NCBI RefSeq assembly: GCF_001194135.2
Contig: NC_068985.1
Coordinates: 123,471,976-123,535,975 of the forward strand
Direction: 5' to 3'
DNA: 64,000 nt
Source: Octopus bimaculoides
Lineage: Eukaryota
The notes beneath the pieces were generated by a model that was not told the origin of the DNA, did not search any database, and saw nothing but the letters and a program-made list of their open reading frames with translations. The position numbers and the translations under genes are program-made. Within the stretch, counting starts at the first letter, position 1; each line of letters starts with the position of its first letter. Positions 11,761 to 23,876 of the stretch are shown one piece after another.

Positions 11761-13089
11761 TCATTATACCCACACATACTGTGATTTATATATACTAGAT
11801 ATTAGACAGAGTTTGTGTATATGTGTGTGTGTGCATGTTTCTTATGGATTCAAAAACTGAGTTGCAAATTTTGACATATGAGGTATCAAAAGATTCAATA
11901 ATCTTTCGGCTACCAAATAAAGTATGTTTCTTTGCACAACTTTTTTTACTACAAAAATAGCCTCGGAAACGAGGTTGGGTCACACAATTTTGATGTCTTT
12001 AGCTAAGGGAGGCAAACCTGCCTGAACAGTTTTTATGTTTTAGATAGAGCATAATGAAAAAATATTTAAAATACATGAAATTTTACCAGGGAATGAAACT
12101 TCGAAGATATACTATCAACTTTATTAGTATTAGTTAGTAGATAATCTTTTAATGTGAAGTATGTTTGTCTGTGTTTTGTTTAACCCAAACATGCTGGCGT
12201 GGGTTGGATGGTTTGACCAGAGCTGGCAAGCTGTGGAGTTGCACCAGATTCCAGTCTCATTTGGCATGGTTTCTACAGCTGGGTGCCCTTCCTAATGCCA
12301 GCCATTTTATAGAGTGTGCTGAGTTCTTTTATGTGGCACTGCTTGGACACTTTTACACGGCACTGCACAAGCACTTTTATGTGGCACCACACAGGCCCTT
12401 TTGTGTGGTGCCACACGGGCACTTTTATATGGGTAAACTCTCTCATTGAAGATGATGTATGAGTGTTCAGCTTTCGTCGAATAACCTGCACAAATGATTT
12501 GTTTATAGTAATTAAATGTTTGTGCTGCACATTAGCTCACTCTTTCTATCAAATCGGTGCATGGTGTACCATGTCAGGTGCCAAAGTGATTGCAGATCAG
12601 TGTGAGATGAAGTGCTTTGCTCAAGAACAATGCACAACCAGGTCTAGGAATTGAAATCATGATTGCTAGATTGTGAGTGCAACACCCTAACCACTAAGCC
12701 ATGCACCCTCATATACACACACATATATATAGATATAACTGTGGTCATTATGCTCAACTAAACCTCAGAAGGCAGTGTCCTAGTATGACTAGAAGCTGCA
12801 AAAGAGAAAAAAATAAAAGAATACAGTGTTATCTAGACAACTGAACTTAACCTCTACTTTAGCAAAGTATCTTAGTAGTCTACATTCAGGAGTTCAATTT
12901 TTCTTAATATCAAAGAATTGGGCATAACAACATGCATATGATATTGAGGAATATCTTAAGAAATCTAATAGTAGAAATAGAAAACAAAAATAATGATTCT
13001 ACTAAATGAAAAATGCAATCTCCAATTTGAAATATTTTTCCATTCTTTCCTCCTTTTTTTCTAATATATTTGTTTCATTTTGTCCCCAG

Positions 13090-13167
13090 CTTCTCCGGAA
13101 TTAAAAGTCTTTTTTGGTACTGCTAAAAGTGAAGGTATACGGTTTATGAAGTTAAGTATTGAAAATG
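13090..13167 (+). CDS. TWF: Twinfilin, first coding exon visible in the window (equivalent to exon 2), 78 nt, phase 1-1
   Basis: CCCCAG acceptor and G|GTAAGT donor. Translates (A)SPELKVFFGTAKSEGIRFMKLSIEN, resembling the twinfilin N-terminus ([27 protein letters not shown], recalled). Phase 1 at the start implies an upstream ATG exon that I could not find. Confidence 0.9.
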
Positions 13168-13954
13168 GTAAGTTGACCACTATAGCATTTTCAGTGTTCC
13201 TCTTGAAATGTTAAAATTTTTGAATTGATATTTTTCTTTTTCATGTTTTTTTTCTTCTGGAAAATGAAGTTATTTTAGTACTGTCTCATTTCGATATCTG
13301 TCTGTCTGTTGACACATGTATGTGAGTGTATGTATATAGGCACACACACACACCATATATATACACATACATGTATACATGTACATACACATTCATTTGT
13401 TTTTTAGTTTGCTTTAGCCATCACTGCCACAGCCATACTGGACACTACCTTGCTCGCATGTTTGTATATACATGTATGTATGCATGTATAAGCATTATGG
13501 ATGTGTATGGATGTATGTATCTACATGTATATGCATATGCATGCTTGTGTATGTTAGTGTATGAATGCATATTTGTGTAAGTATATATAACTGTTGACAA
13601 TATTCTTATTACTATGTATCAGTAATGATAGCATCAGTGCTTTCTATATCTGTGGGTCAGTACAATATATACCAGTAATGCACTTGGTTATAGGGTAAAA
13701 TGTATAGTTTCAGGAAGGTGGTGATAGTCTTCTTGCTTTTACAACAATTAGGATATAGGAAAGGTTAAATTGCCATGAAGAGGAATGTAAAATCTAGCAT
13801 ACAGGGCTTTTACTCTTCGTCTTTGTGTGTGTGGATAAGAGAGAGAGAGAGAGAGAGAGAGAGTGTGTATCTTTTAGATTCCAAAAGAATTTTATTTAAA
13901 TACTTTGGATAAAAATAAATGTGGGTAAATATTATTAAAAAAACGTGCATAATA

Positions 13955-14363
13955 GGCACAGGAGTGGCTGTGTGGTAAGTAGCTTGCTTACCAACCACAT
14001 GGTTCCGGGTTCATTCCCACTGCGTGGCACCCTGGGTAAGTGTCTTCTACTATAGCCTCGGGCCGACCAAAGCTTTGTGAGTGGATTTGGTAGACGGAAA
14101 CTGAAAGAAGCCTGTCGTATATATGTATATATATATATATGTATGTGTGTTTGTGTGTCTGTGTTTGTCCCCCCAACATCGCTTGACAACCGATGGTGGT
14201 GTGTTTAGGTCCCCGCAACTTAGCGGTTTCGCAAAAGAGACCGATAGAATAAGTACTAGGCATCCAAAGAATAAGTCCTGGGGGTCGATTTGCTCGACTA
14301 AAGGCGGCGCTCCAGCATGGCCGCAGTCAAATGACTGAAACAAGTAAAAGAGTAAAAAGAGTA
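13955..14363 (+). mobile_element. tRNA-derived SINE, family B, with CORE-like segment and internal microsatellite
   Basis: tRNA-like head with GGTTCATTCCC, a GTGGCACCCTGGGTAAGTGTCTTCT CORE-like block, a central (AT/GT)n and an AAGTAAAAGAGTA tail. Further copies lie at 25813, 43125, 50691 and 52804. Confidence 0.85.
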
Positions 14364-14500
14364 TATTGTTGAAGCAGATGATTTTGTCTTGGATTGTCTA
14401 TCCAGCTGTGTTCTGCTTGTAAATTAAGAATTGTATTTGTTTACATCATTTGTGTAGAGGATGTCAAACGAGTGAATTAATATGACTCTGAGTTAGGTTC

Positions 14501-14735
14501 TTAACCGTTTAACCCAGCCACAACCGATCCAAATGTTCTACATTGTTTTATGTTCAGACTGACTAGATCCAGCCTTTCACATCATCCTACAATGTCATTC
14601 CGAAAGTAAATGATCACATCATTGAAATCTCGAAGCTATGAGATAATAATACATGATTAATTCAGAGCAATGTGAATAAATAAACATTACATTTGGCAGA
14701 GTAATCTGAATGTTAGCAAAAGAACTATGGGTTAG
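14501..14735. mobile_element. piggyBac-type MITE (family E), inverted relative to the copy at 15095
   Basis: The body matches 15095-15322 and 26766-26992 in reverse orientation; termini are degraded. Confidence 0.6.
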
Positions 14736-14780
14736 CAAAGAAACTATGATGTGAAAAATTTTAAGAAGAATCCAGGAACA

Positions 14781-14942
14781 CATCATCATCATCATCATCA
14801 TCATCGTTTAACGTCCGCTTTCCATGCTAGCATGGGTTGGACAACTTGACTGGGGACTGGTGAAACCGGATGGCAACACCAGGCTCCAATCTAAATTTGG
14901 CAGAGTTTCTACAGCTGGATGCCCTTCCTAACGCCAACCACA
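14781..14942 (-). mobile_element. RTE-LINE-associated 3' segment (family D) with (GAT)n tail
   Basis: (CAT)n then CGTTTAACGTCCGCTTTCCATGCTAGCATGGGTTGGAC and CTACAGCTGGATGCCCTTCCTAACGCCAACCA; many related copies occur in the window. Confidence 0.75.
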
Positions 14943-15094
14943 ACACCTGCTGCATAAAATATAAATAGTAAAGTGGATGCTAAGACACTTGATGCTGTGA
15001 GCTAAAAATTTTTAATTACAATTACACCCATACTAACTAGGAAAAAAAATCATTTAGTTTGAAATCCTGACCATATAGTCAGTAGTCAAGCACT

Positions 15095-15322
15095 TTAACT
15101 CTTTAGCATTCAGATTAGTCTGTGAAATTTAATGCTTTTCCATTCACATTATTTTGAATTAACCATGCATTATCTTTTTGTGTTGAGATTTCAATGATAT
15201 GCTTGTTTATTTTTTGTATGACATTGTAGGGTAGGTTTGAGAGGCTGAATATAGCCAGTCTGTACATAAAACAGGTGCAATATTTGAGCCAAATATAGCT
15301 TGTTTAAATGCTATTGGGTTAA
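15095..15322. mobile_element. piggyBac-type MITE (family E)
   Basis: Starts TTAA-CTCTTTAGCATT and ends AATGCTATTGGG-TTAA, i.e. TTAA-bounded terminal inverted repeats. Confidence 0.65.
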
Positions 15323-15767
15323 GCTTCATACCTGCTGTATTTGCATTTATTCTTTGTAATTTTGTATAGAATATTCATTTTTCTCTAAGAGTGCTTTTAA
15401 CCTATTTTTATCTTTATTCTTTTGATTTAAATAAATCATTATCAAAAGAAATTATCATTTAAAAAAAATCAGTTTTCAAAAAGTCATTATTAAAAATAGA
15501 TGATTTAAGTTCTCATTATTTACAAAAATTATTATTAAAATTATTATTTAAAAGACCATTTTTAATTTTGAAAAAAACAATCATTATATTAAAAAATATT
15601 TTATTTTAAAAATGGTATTATTTAAAAAAATCATTAGTATTAAAAAATTCATTATTATTGAAAAATTAAACCATTCTTTTTAATAATCAATATCATTTTA
15701 AAAAATTATTAAAAAGATCTTCCAATTTTATTTCTTTTCATGTTTTTTTTTTCATTCTCTATTGCAG

Positions 15768-15818
15768 AAGTGCTAGCTTTAGAGAAACATTTGTTGCCAA
15801 AGGGTGACTGGAAAAGTG
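15768..15818 (+). CDS. TWF: Twinfilin coding exon 3a, 51 nt, ending at a U12-type AT donor
   Basis: TTGCAG acceptor. Translates (E)VLALEKHLLPKGDWKS(D), in frame with the previous exon, and is followed directly by ATATCCTTAT. Confidence 0.88.
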
Positions 15819-16054
15819 ATATCCTTATCTGCATTTATATAATGGTATATATATTGAATTCATGATGGACCTTGTAGTATTTTTTAGTCAGGTATTTTGA
15901 TGTGAGAAGTATTGTAATATCTCAAGAAATGTAACTGTGTGCAAGTGTATGTAATTGTCTTCCTGTCTGTCAGTACTTTGGTGATTGAGTGTGTTTGTCT
16001 GTGTGTCACACACACAGACATGGTGTATGTATCTACCATTTGTCCGATATGCAC

Positions 16055-16088
<34 letters not shown>

Positions 16089-16731
16089 CTGTGTATCTGT
16101 GTATTTGTATGTCTATAATCATATTTGTTTGCAAGTATGTGTGTGCGCATGTATGATGTACCATAGATAGAAATTTAATAAGAGACTGACAAAAAAAAAA
16201 AAATGCTATTCTTTATGGGGTTAGTTTATTCACAGATTAAAAACTTCAGTATCGCCAGCTGTATCTAAATACTAACTTTCACATGAAATAAGAAGTAACT
16301 AATGCTATGTTATATGTAACTCTTTCTCTATGCGTGTGTGAGCCTGGTGCAGCCATCTGGTTTGCCAGTCCTCAGTCAAATCGTTCAACCCNNNNNNNNN
16401 NNNNNNNNNNNNNNNNNNNNNNNNNNNNNNNNNNNNNNNNNNNNNNNNNNNNNNNNNNNNNNNNNNNNNNNNNNNNNNNNNNNNNNNNNNNNNNNNNNNN
16501 NNNNNNNNNNNNNNNNNNNNNNNNNNNNNNNNNNNNNNNNNNNNNNNNNNNNNNNNNNNNNNNNNNNNNNNNNNNNNNNNNNNNNNNNNNNNNNNNNNNN
16601 NNNNNNNNNNNNNNNNNNNNNNNNNNNNNNNNNNNNNNNNNNNNNNNNNNNNNNNNNNNNNNNNNNNNNNNNNNNNNNNNNNNNNNNNNNNNNNNNNNTT
16701 TTTAAAAATATTTCTGCTGCTTTTAAATAAA

Positions 16732-16771
<40 letters not shown>

Positions 16772-19004
16772 TACACATACACATCTGCAAAATCATCATT
16801 TAACATCCACTTTTCTATGCTTACATGGGTCAATCAGAATTTGTTGAAACAAATTTTCTGTGCCCAGATACCTTTTCTGTTACTAATGCCCAACGTTTTT
16901 GAATCAAGTTAATATTTTCTCACAGCAAGACATGTTTTCCACAGAAAACTGGAAACAACCTCGCTCACATGATGTTGATGCTCATTTACAACCATCATGT
17001 GATGTCTTGACAAATGTTCTCTCTATCACACATACACACATTTATTATTTTTATACAAGAATGCTATTGACAGTGACTTTGAAATTTCAGCTAGCTAAGT
17101 CATTGCTGGACTGCTGTTTGATGATGGTCTAGCTGGCTGAAACTTTGAGGTCACTGTTGACGATATTCTGGTATAAGAATAATGCATTTGTACTCTATAA
17201 ATCTACAGATTAATCCAGTCTTCCTTAAAAACCATATCTGGGTATGGGGTATATTAGTTTTTTTAGAAACAGGTGAAGGTTGGTGATAGGAAAGGCATTT
17301 AGCTGTTGAAAATCTGCCTTGCAAATTCCATCTGACCTAAGGAAGCATGGAAAAGTGGATGTTACATGACGATGATGTGTGTGTATTTATCTATGTAGTT
17401 TTCTACATCTGAAATTGTTTATACGAAAGAGCAACAGGTGGTGTTAGTTTCTCCTGTCAATAAATTATATGGTTACTTTGTGCTTTTGAATCCATGTTGA
17501 ATTAGAGACCTCTAACTTAGAAAACAGGTGAGGGATTGCATTAAAAAGTCATCCAGCTGTAAAACCGTTTCAAATAACATTCCTCTGTCAGATGCAAGTA
17601 TGAAAAATGGATTCAAAATAAACGAATGAACATATCTAGGATTCTATTATCCAGTCTGACCCTTCCTTATTGAAGATGGTAGAGTGTGGTTTGAGGGAAG
17701 ATTTGACTGATATTTCCTACAAGTTGAGGAGTCGTGTAGTGACCTCCCTTATCACTCTGACAAGAATGTTATTTAGTGTGGTGACAATACTGTGAAGGAA
17801 ACTTTTCTTGAGCTTGGACTTATGGGTGCAGATATCTCTTTAATAGCTCCTGACAGATGAACCAGTGAAGGTGACTTGACATGCTAGAAATGGCAGCCAA
17901 ATCTTCCTCGTGTCACATTGTATTGTCCAAAAAACAAAAAAAAAGCAAAAAAAAACAAAACAGACACTTGAGGTAATGTAGTTTGAGATAAAACCATGGT
18001 TGAGACCAGAATACTTTTGATCATTGGTCTGGTCAAACAAGATTCATTGAGGTTGTGGGGCTAAACAGCAGCTTCCTAAGGTGATGTCAATTATTCCCCT
18101 TCGAATATGCCTTTAGATAAATCTCTCCAATTGTTTGGAATATGAATGGTATCCTTAAATTTCTGTTTCATTTAATTTATCCTGTCGTTATTATTATTTT
18201 CATTCTTAGCAAAACCTATTAAGCAACACTAATAATAAATCAAAGAACATAAAAATAAACAAGCTTTTGATGGTTTTATAGATATTTCAAAATTATGATT
18301 CTATGATGCTAGGTGTTTCCATTATTTTGTCCAACCCTTGTATACATGAACAAGGCAGTGTCTTTAGTGTCGGTGCCATGATAAATGCACCCTGTATACA
18401 CCGTAGTCATTGGTAAATAAGCAGAGAAGGTGTCGTTTTGTGAGATCCTTTTATTCCTGTGTTGCTAAGGACTACTCAACCTCTCTGAAATTGGTACCAT
18501 GAGAAAATGTATCCAGTATACTTTGTAATACAGTTGGTGATTGGAATTGCATCCAGCCATAGAAACTAACCAAAATAGCATGTGTGAGCACACCGGTCAA
18601 TGGGAATGATGGTTCTCAAAAAGAAATGACTTGGTCTGTGATGATCGGTCCAGTATATACTAGCGTGGAAAGTGATGATATTATACCATCATGACAATTC
18701 TGGGTAATTAATGATTCCTTGAGATTATCTCCCTTTTTTGTTCAGAGTTTGTTGCAGTTGCCACTAGATGTTTGTTTTATCTTTGCTTGAAGTGAAGATA
18801 ATTTCTTCCGTCTTTGTAGCCCAGATTCATGCCACTCACTTCTCTCAGCTCATTTTCATTGTCTGTCTGTCTGTCTGTCTGTCTTTCTCCCCACTCTCTC
18901 TGTATGTGCATGTGTTCATGAATCAATACTTCCTGGTTATGGATCTATGATTTTGTGAGACTAACAGATGCCACAGATATATATATCCTTAACAGATCTT
19001 TCAC
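15819..19004 (+). other. U12-type (minor spliceosome) AT-AC intron, 3186 nt including a gap
   Basis: 5' end ATATCCTTAT; TCCTTAAC at 18986-18993; 3' end TTTCAC. Splicing gives WKSDYDKMVL, colinear with twinfilin WDKDYDSFVL (recalled). Confidence 0.9.
16392..16698. other. Assembly gap (others at 52167-52305, 54543-55170, 59044-59204, 59652-60069 and 63752-63981)
   Basis: Runs of N, nearly all abutting microsatellites or young repeats. Confidence 1.
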
Positions 19005-19132
19005 ATTATGATAAAATGGTCCTTACCTATTTGGATGATAAGAAACCTTGTTACATACTATATCGCTTGGATACAAAAAATAACCTTGGATATGAATGGC
19101 TCTTTATTGCTTGGTCTCCTGACTTTTCACCG
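19005..19132 (+). CDS. TWF: Twinfilin coding exon 3b, 128 nt
   Basis: Translates (D)[42 protein letters not shown], the ADF-H motif region; donor CCG|GTAAGT. Confidence 0.95.
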
Positions 19133-20104
19133 GTAAGTATTATCATTTTCAGTTTAAATATTTTACTGAATTCTTTGTTTCTGTTCAGGGTTTGAATTTC
19201 TCTCAGGTCAACTTTAGCATTCCATACGTTCAGTGATAATAAAATGTCTACAAGTAATAAAGAAGGGTTGATTCAAAAATTTGTTTCTCATCCTTACCAA
19301 ATTCGTAGTCTTTTGTCAAGGTGATGTGTTGGTAGAATCATTAGATCATCAAAGAGAGTACCTATGATTTTTATGTTCTGTGTTCAAATCCTGCCAAGGT
19401 CAACTTTTGCCCCGACCAGGATTAGTAAAATAACTACTCATCTAGTAGTGAGGTCGATATTATTGACTGTTCTCTCTCTGCAAAATTTCTGGCTTTGTGT
19501 TTATGTAAGAAGTTATTATTTGGCAGAATTGTCAGAACACCAAACAATATGTCTTGAAGTATTTATTCCAGCTTTTTAATGTTCTGAATTCAAATCTCAC
19601 TGAACTCAACTTTGTTTTTCATGCTTCTGGAGTTGATAAACAAAACCCCAGTACTGGGGTTGCTGCAATATAACCCCATTCCTAAACTGCTGGCCTTGTG
19701 CCTAAATTAGAAACCATCGTCATCATTATGTTAATGGTTGGATAGAATTATTAAAGACAAGAATCACAAGTAGATTATTGCTAACAGTTTTCATCAGTAG
19801 CAGACATTGCCTAATTAACAAATGCTGACAAATGATCTTGCTGTGCTGAGTTCAAATCTTTCAATGAGACTGTAGCATAAGAAATACTCTTATAATTACA
19901 GGCTTATATAACCATTTCTATCACTACAGTTCTAAAATGGATCCATTGTGTATAAGTAATTTTGGCCCCCTTTCTCGAAGACAAATAAATATTACTTTAT
20001 GGTTTTCCCATAAACATTTCATAAATGTTTACTGTTGAGATTTCTATTCTTTTTTCATTTTTTCTTTTTTTCATTTTTGTTTTGATGACTTTCCTCTCAT
20101 TTAG

Positions 20105-20200
20105 GTGCGCGAGAAAATGGTATATGCTGCTACACGGGCAACCTTGAAGTCTGAGTTTGGCGGAGGTGTAATAAAGGAGGAATTATTTGGTACAGTTGAA
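20105..20200 (+). CDS. TWF: Twinfilin coding exon 4, 96 nt
   Basis: TTTAG acceptor and GTAAGT donor. [32 protein letters not shown] contains the twinfilin [18 protein letters not shown] signature. Confidence 0.97.
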
Positions 20201-20670
20201 GTAAGTTACAATTTTCTATGGAAATAAAATCCACCACCATTATTATCGTAGTCTCTCTTTGCTATCTTTTCTCTTTCAACTTTAGTCAGGTGGAAGAAGC
20301 TGTCCCATAACTGTTGTACATTCTCTACAGCTGTTATTTTGGTGTTGTTCATTTTCAACTTTAACTGCTACAAGTCAATAAAGGTTGCCAGGTTGAGCTA
20401 AAAGTAATGGGTTATGCTATTTTTCAGGGTTACATGCTACTATTTGTTAATAGTAGCATGGTCATGTTTCACCACCTCATCCCATGTCTTCCTGGGTCTC
20501 CCTCTTCCCTGGGTTCCTTCCACTGTTAGGGAGTGACACTTCTTCATACAGCTCTCCTCATCCATATGCAGCACATGACCATGCCTCTATGGCAAGACAC
20601 CTGTTTCTGTCTCTTTCATCATCTAACACAAGATCACCACCTCCAATGCCTCCTCTCCTCTCAAAATTCC

Positions 20671-20968
20671 CTGTCTTGCAAGTTACTTGGCGACCCTGCT
20701 GGTACTGGTGCCACGTAAAAAGCATCCAGTCCCCACTGAAGTGGTTGGCATTTGAAAGGGCATCCAGCTATGAGAACCATGCCAAAACTGACCCCACCTG
20801 GTCTACTCTGTGAGGTGGTTGATGTTAGGAAGGGCACCCAGCCGTAAAAACCATGCCAAAACACACACGAGTATGGTACAGTCTTCTACCTGGCTGGCTC
20901 TTGTCAAACTGTCCAACCCATGCCAGCATGGAAGGCGGACATTAAACAATGATGATGATGATGATGAT
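20671..20968 (+). mobile_element. Family D repeat with an internally duplicated module and (GAT)n tail
   Basis: The GTGGTTGGCA/GATG-T-TAGGAAGGGCA(T/C)CCAGC...AACCATGCCAAAA module appears twice; ends CTGTCCAACCCATGCCAGCATGGAAGGCGGACATTAAAC(GAT)n. Confidence 0.75.
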
Positions 20969-21737
20969 ATATTTATATATATATATAGTTATTTTAGGTT
21001 ACTTTCTAATGTCCATTATTTTCTGAAAGTGTCATGCTACTACTTTTTATGAAATTCAGAGGCAGAGTGAAGATACTGCATGTCTGGGTTAGCAGTTAGA
21101 ATATGCTGATAGAGTGAGATCATGCCAATCAGTTTGATGACTTTCTTTTGGATAGTCTTGGATTTTCGTATGTGCAGTAGCTGCATTGTTTCAGATGTGG
21201 GTATAGTAGAGCCAGGTTAGTCTTTGGGATGCAGTTTTTTTTCTTGTAGATGTAAGATTACCAAGGGAGATCATTAGTGATGCTAAGACTTAGTATTTAA
21301 TATGATTTTAGGGGCTCTAGTTCTACATCACTTTTATAATAATCTTTCTCTTCTAACCCATTGTTGTTACAATCTCTCTCTCCAACCTCACTATTATCAC
21401 AGTCTCTCTCCCACTATTGTCTTAATCTCCTACCCTTTGATGTCACTGTCTCTTCCCATATCTTAGTTGTTACTGTCTATCTCCCATCCAACTGTTGTCA
21501 GTGTTTCCCCCTAACCATATCTTTCTGTCACCTCACTATTGTTGATTTCTCCTCACCATTGTCAACAGTCTCTTCAGCCTCACTTATCAAACTCCTCCAG
21601 CTTTGGTGTTTCCACAGTTTATTTCACCACTCCTTAATAAAGCAAATTCTGTGAAATTTAAGTCTTATCTTAGACACACTAACATAATATTATAATATTT
21701 CTCTTCCTCTCTTCTCATTTTGTTATGTGTGTGTGTG

Positions 21738-21788
<51 letters not shown>
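21738..21788. repeat. (AG)n microsatellite
   Basis: Directly visible. Confidence 0.95.
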
Positions 21789-21790
<2 letters not shown>

Positions 21791-21940
21791 TTGTCACCGC
21801 TTGTATTTAAGTAAATGATGAAGGAATTAAAGTTAAAGGAGTGATGAAGAGGAGGCTAGAGTAATAAGTTCAAATGTCATCATTAACATCCCAACCTGGG
21901 ATCAAATACTTATCAACTTTACATACTTTAATATTTTTAG

Positions 21941-22045
21941 GATGATATTTCTTTGAATGGCTTTCTGAAACATATAGAATTCCAAAAGGCACCTGCTCCA
22001 TTAACGTTTGCTGAGGAAGAGCTAGAAATTATTAAGAAAACTGAA
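21941..22045 (+). CDS. TWF: Twinfilin coding exon 5, 105 nt
   Basis: TTTTAG acceptor and GTAAGT donor. DDISLNGFLKHIEFQKAPAPLTFAEEELEIIKKTE contains the PAPLTxAEEEL linker motif. Confidence 0.96.
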
Positions 22046-23782
22046 GTAAGTATTTTTGATCTTCAGCATTGTCAGGCAGTTTGTTTCTTACTGTTTCTTT
22101 TCATATCTTAGGCTTGTTCATATTTTCAGTGTTGGTTTTTTTTCCTTTAAACTTTTTAAAATTATTTTTCTTACTTTACATTTATTTATTTTTTTTTCTT
22201 GCTAGAATGGATGGAAATTTTCTTTTGTTACATGCTGCTTAAAGATGTGTGGCCTAAGAGTTAGGGTGTTGCACTCATGATCTGGCGATTGTGGGTTCAT
22301 TTCCTGGATTGGGTGGTGTGTTGTGTTCCTGAGCAAAACACTTCATTTCACACTGCTCTAGTTTAGTGTGGGAACCAGCATATCAGAGAAGAGACCCAGC
22401 ATTTCCTCTGTGTTTTGTAAAGAGCAGCTAAAAGAGGTTGAGGAAGGGCTTGCATTTTGACCTCATAAAATCCTTATCAACAATGACTACCCAATTATTG
22501 GAGGGTTATCACCTGAATAGTGCAAAGGTGTAGGGAATTGCCAACAAATGATGGATGCAGTGATGCACTTTTGCAATGATGCTCTGTTGCTGTAATGCAC
22601 TGTTGCAGTGCATGAACCCATACTACTACCGTTACATGCTGCTTGTGTTTGCAGGAGATGTGCAATGAGTTTACATTGTGTGTATAGTGATTATGTTTTT
22701 TTTACTGCTGGAGACAAGTTAAGTGCGACAACTTTGGTGCATGCCAGTGCATTGCTGGTGAATGAAGTTTGAATATGAAAAGTTAGGGAGGAATGAAGTG
22801 AGATCATCTGTAGAGGAGTGGATGTTGTAGGTGGTGGGGAAAAGGTCATTGATGTAACAGCAGAATGATTGCACATTGGCTGAGGCCTTTAATGCTTGGC
22901 TGTTTTCTCTCAGGTATATAATATCTCTCTCAACAGGTATATAATATCAAGTTGATATTACATACCTGTTTTTCTTCACACTACATTGACTTTCAACGTT
23001 AGCTATTCAAATGAGATTTCTATGCAATAACTCACCTATTAGAAATAGTAGCCAAATCTCTCTCAAAGTTCACCCCTCTGGCTAAAATAACATTGGATGT
23101 TGTAGTTTTATCTGTACTATACCTAAAACAATAGGAAGGTTACAGCTGGAATAACAACATTACATATTAGGTATTAAATCTTCATCATTGTTGTTGTTTT
23201 AATGAAGCAGATTTTCTGTCCGGATGTTCTTGACACCAAACCCTTACTTGCTTTTCAAGTTATGTATTTTATTTTTTTCATTCCACTGACCATCATGTGT
23301 CTGATACACTTTGGGAAGATTTGTTCACTGAAGATAGTAAACGATGTCATCGTCTTTCACTTAGATGATGTTAATGATGACATGCTGAATCGAAATTTAT
23401 GCTCTCTCTCTCTCTCTCACACACACATACACAAGGTTGATCAAATGGATATACCCTGATGGAGCTGCACCAAGGTTGCATTTTCAACAGTGAGTAGTCG
23501 CTGCAGCAGAAACACGTGCAGGTCATTATAATATGCTGTATATAACTATACAATACATTTTGTGGATGTAGAAGCCTCCATACTCTTTATTACTATTAAT
23601 ATTGATATATACTCCAGAAAATTTTTACCATCTTGCGAAGAGTACACAGAATTACCCATTGGAAGAATTCACAGAGCGATTAACAGCTAACTGTAATCAT
23701 AGTCATTAGATACTAATCGTTGTGGTTAGCTATTGACTGGAACTTAACTGAGAGCTAATATGGTATCTACCCAGATATTATA

Positions 23783-23785
<3 letters not shown>

Positions 23786-23868
<83 letters not shown>
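23786..23868. repeat. Compound (CT)n(AT)n microsatellite
   Basis: Directly visible. Confidence 0.95.

Positions 23869-23876
<8 letters not shown>

Noticed and set aside
1-13089. Twinfilin first coding exon (expected MSHQTGI-like, about 25 nt)
   Set aside because: No matching ATG plus donor found by eye and no CpG-rich promoter-like patch; it probably lies upstream of the window.
18968-19004. ORF-track start [13 protein letters not shown] as part of the protein
   Set aside because: Intronic read-through upstream of the AC acceptor.
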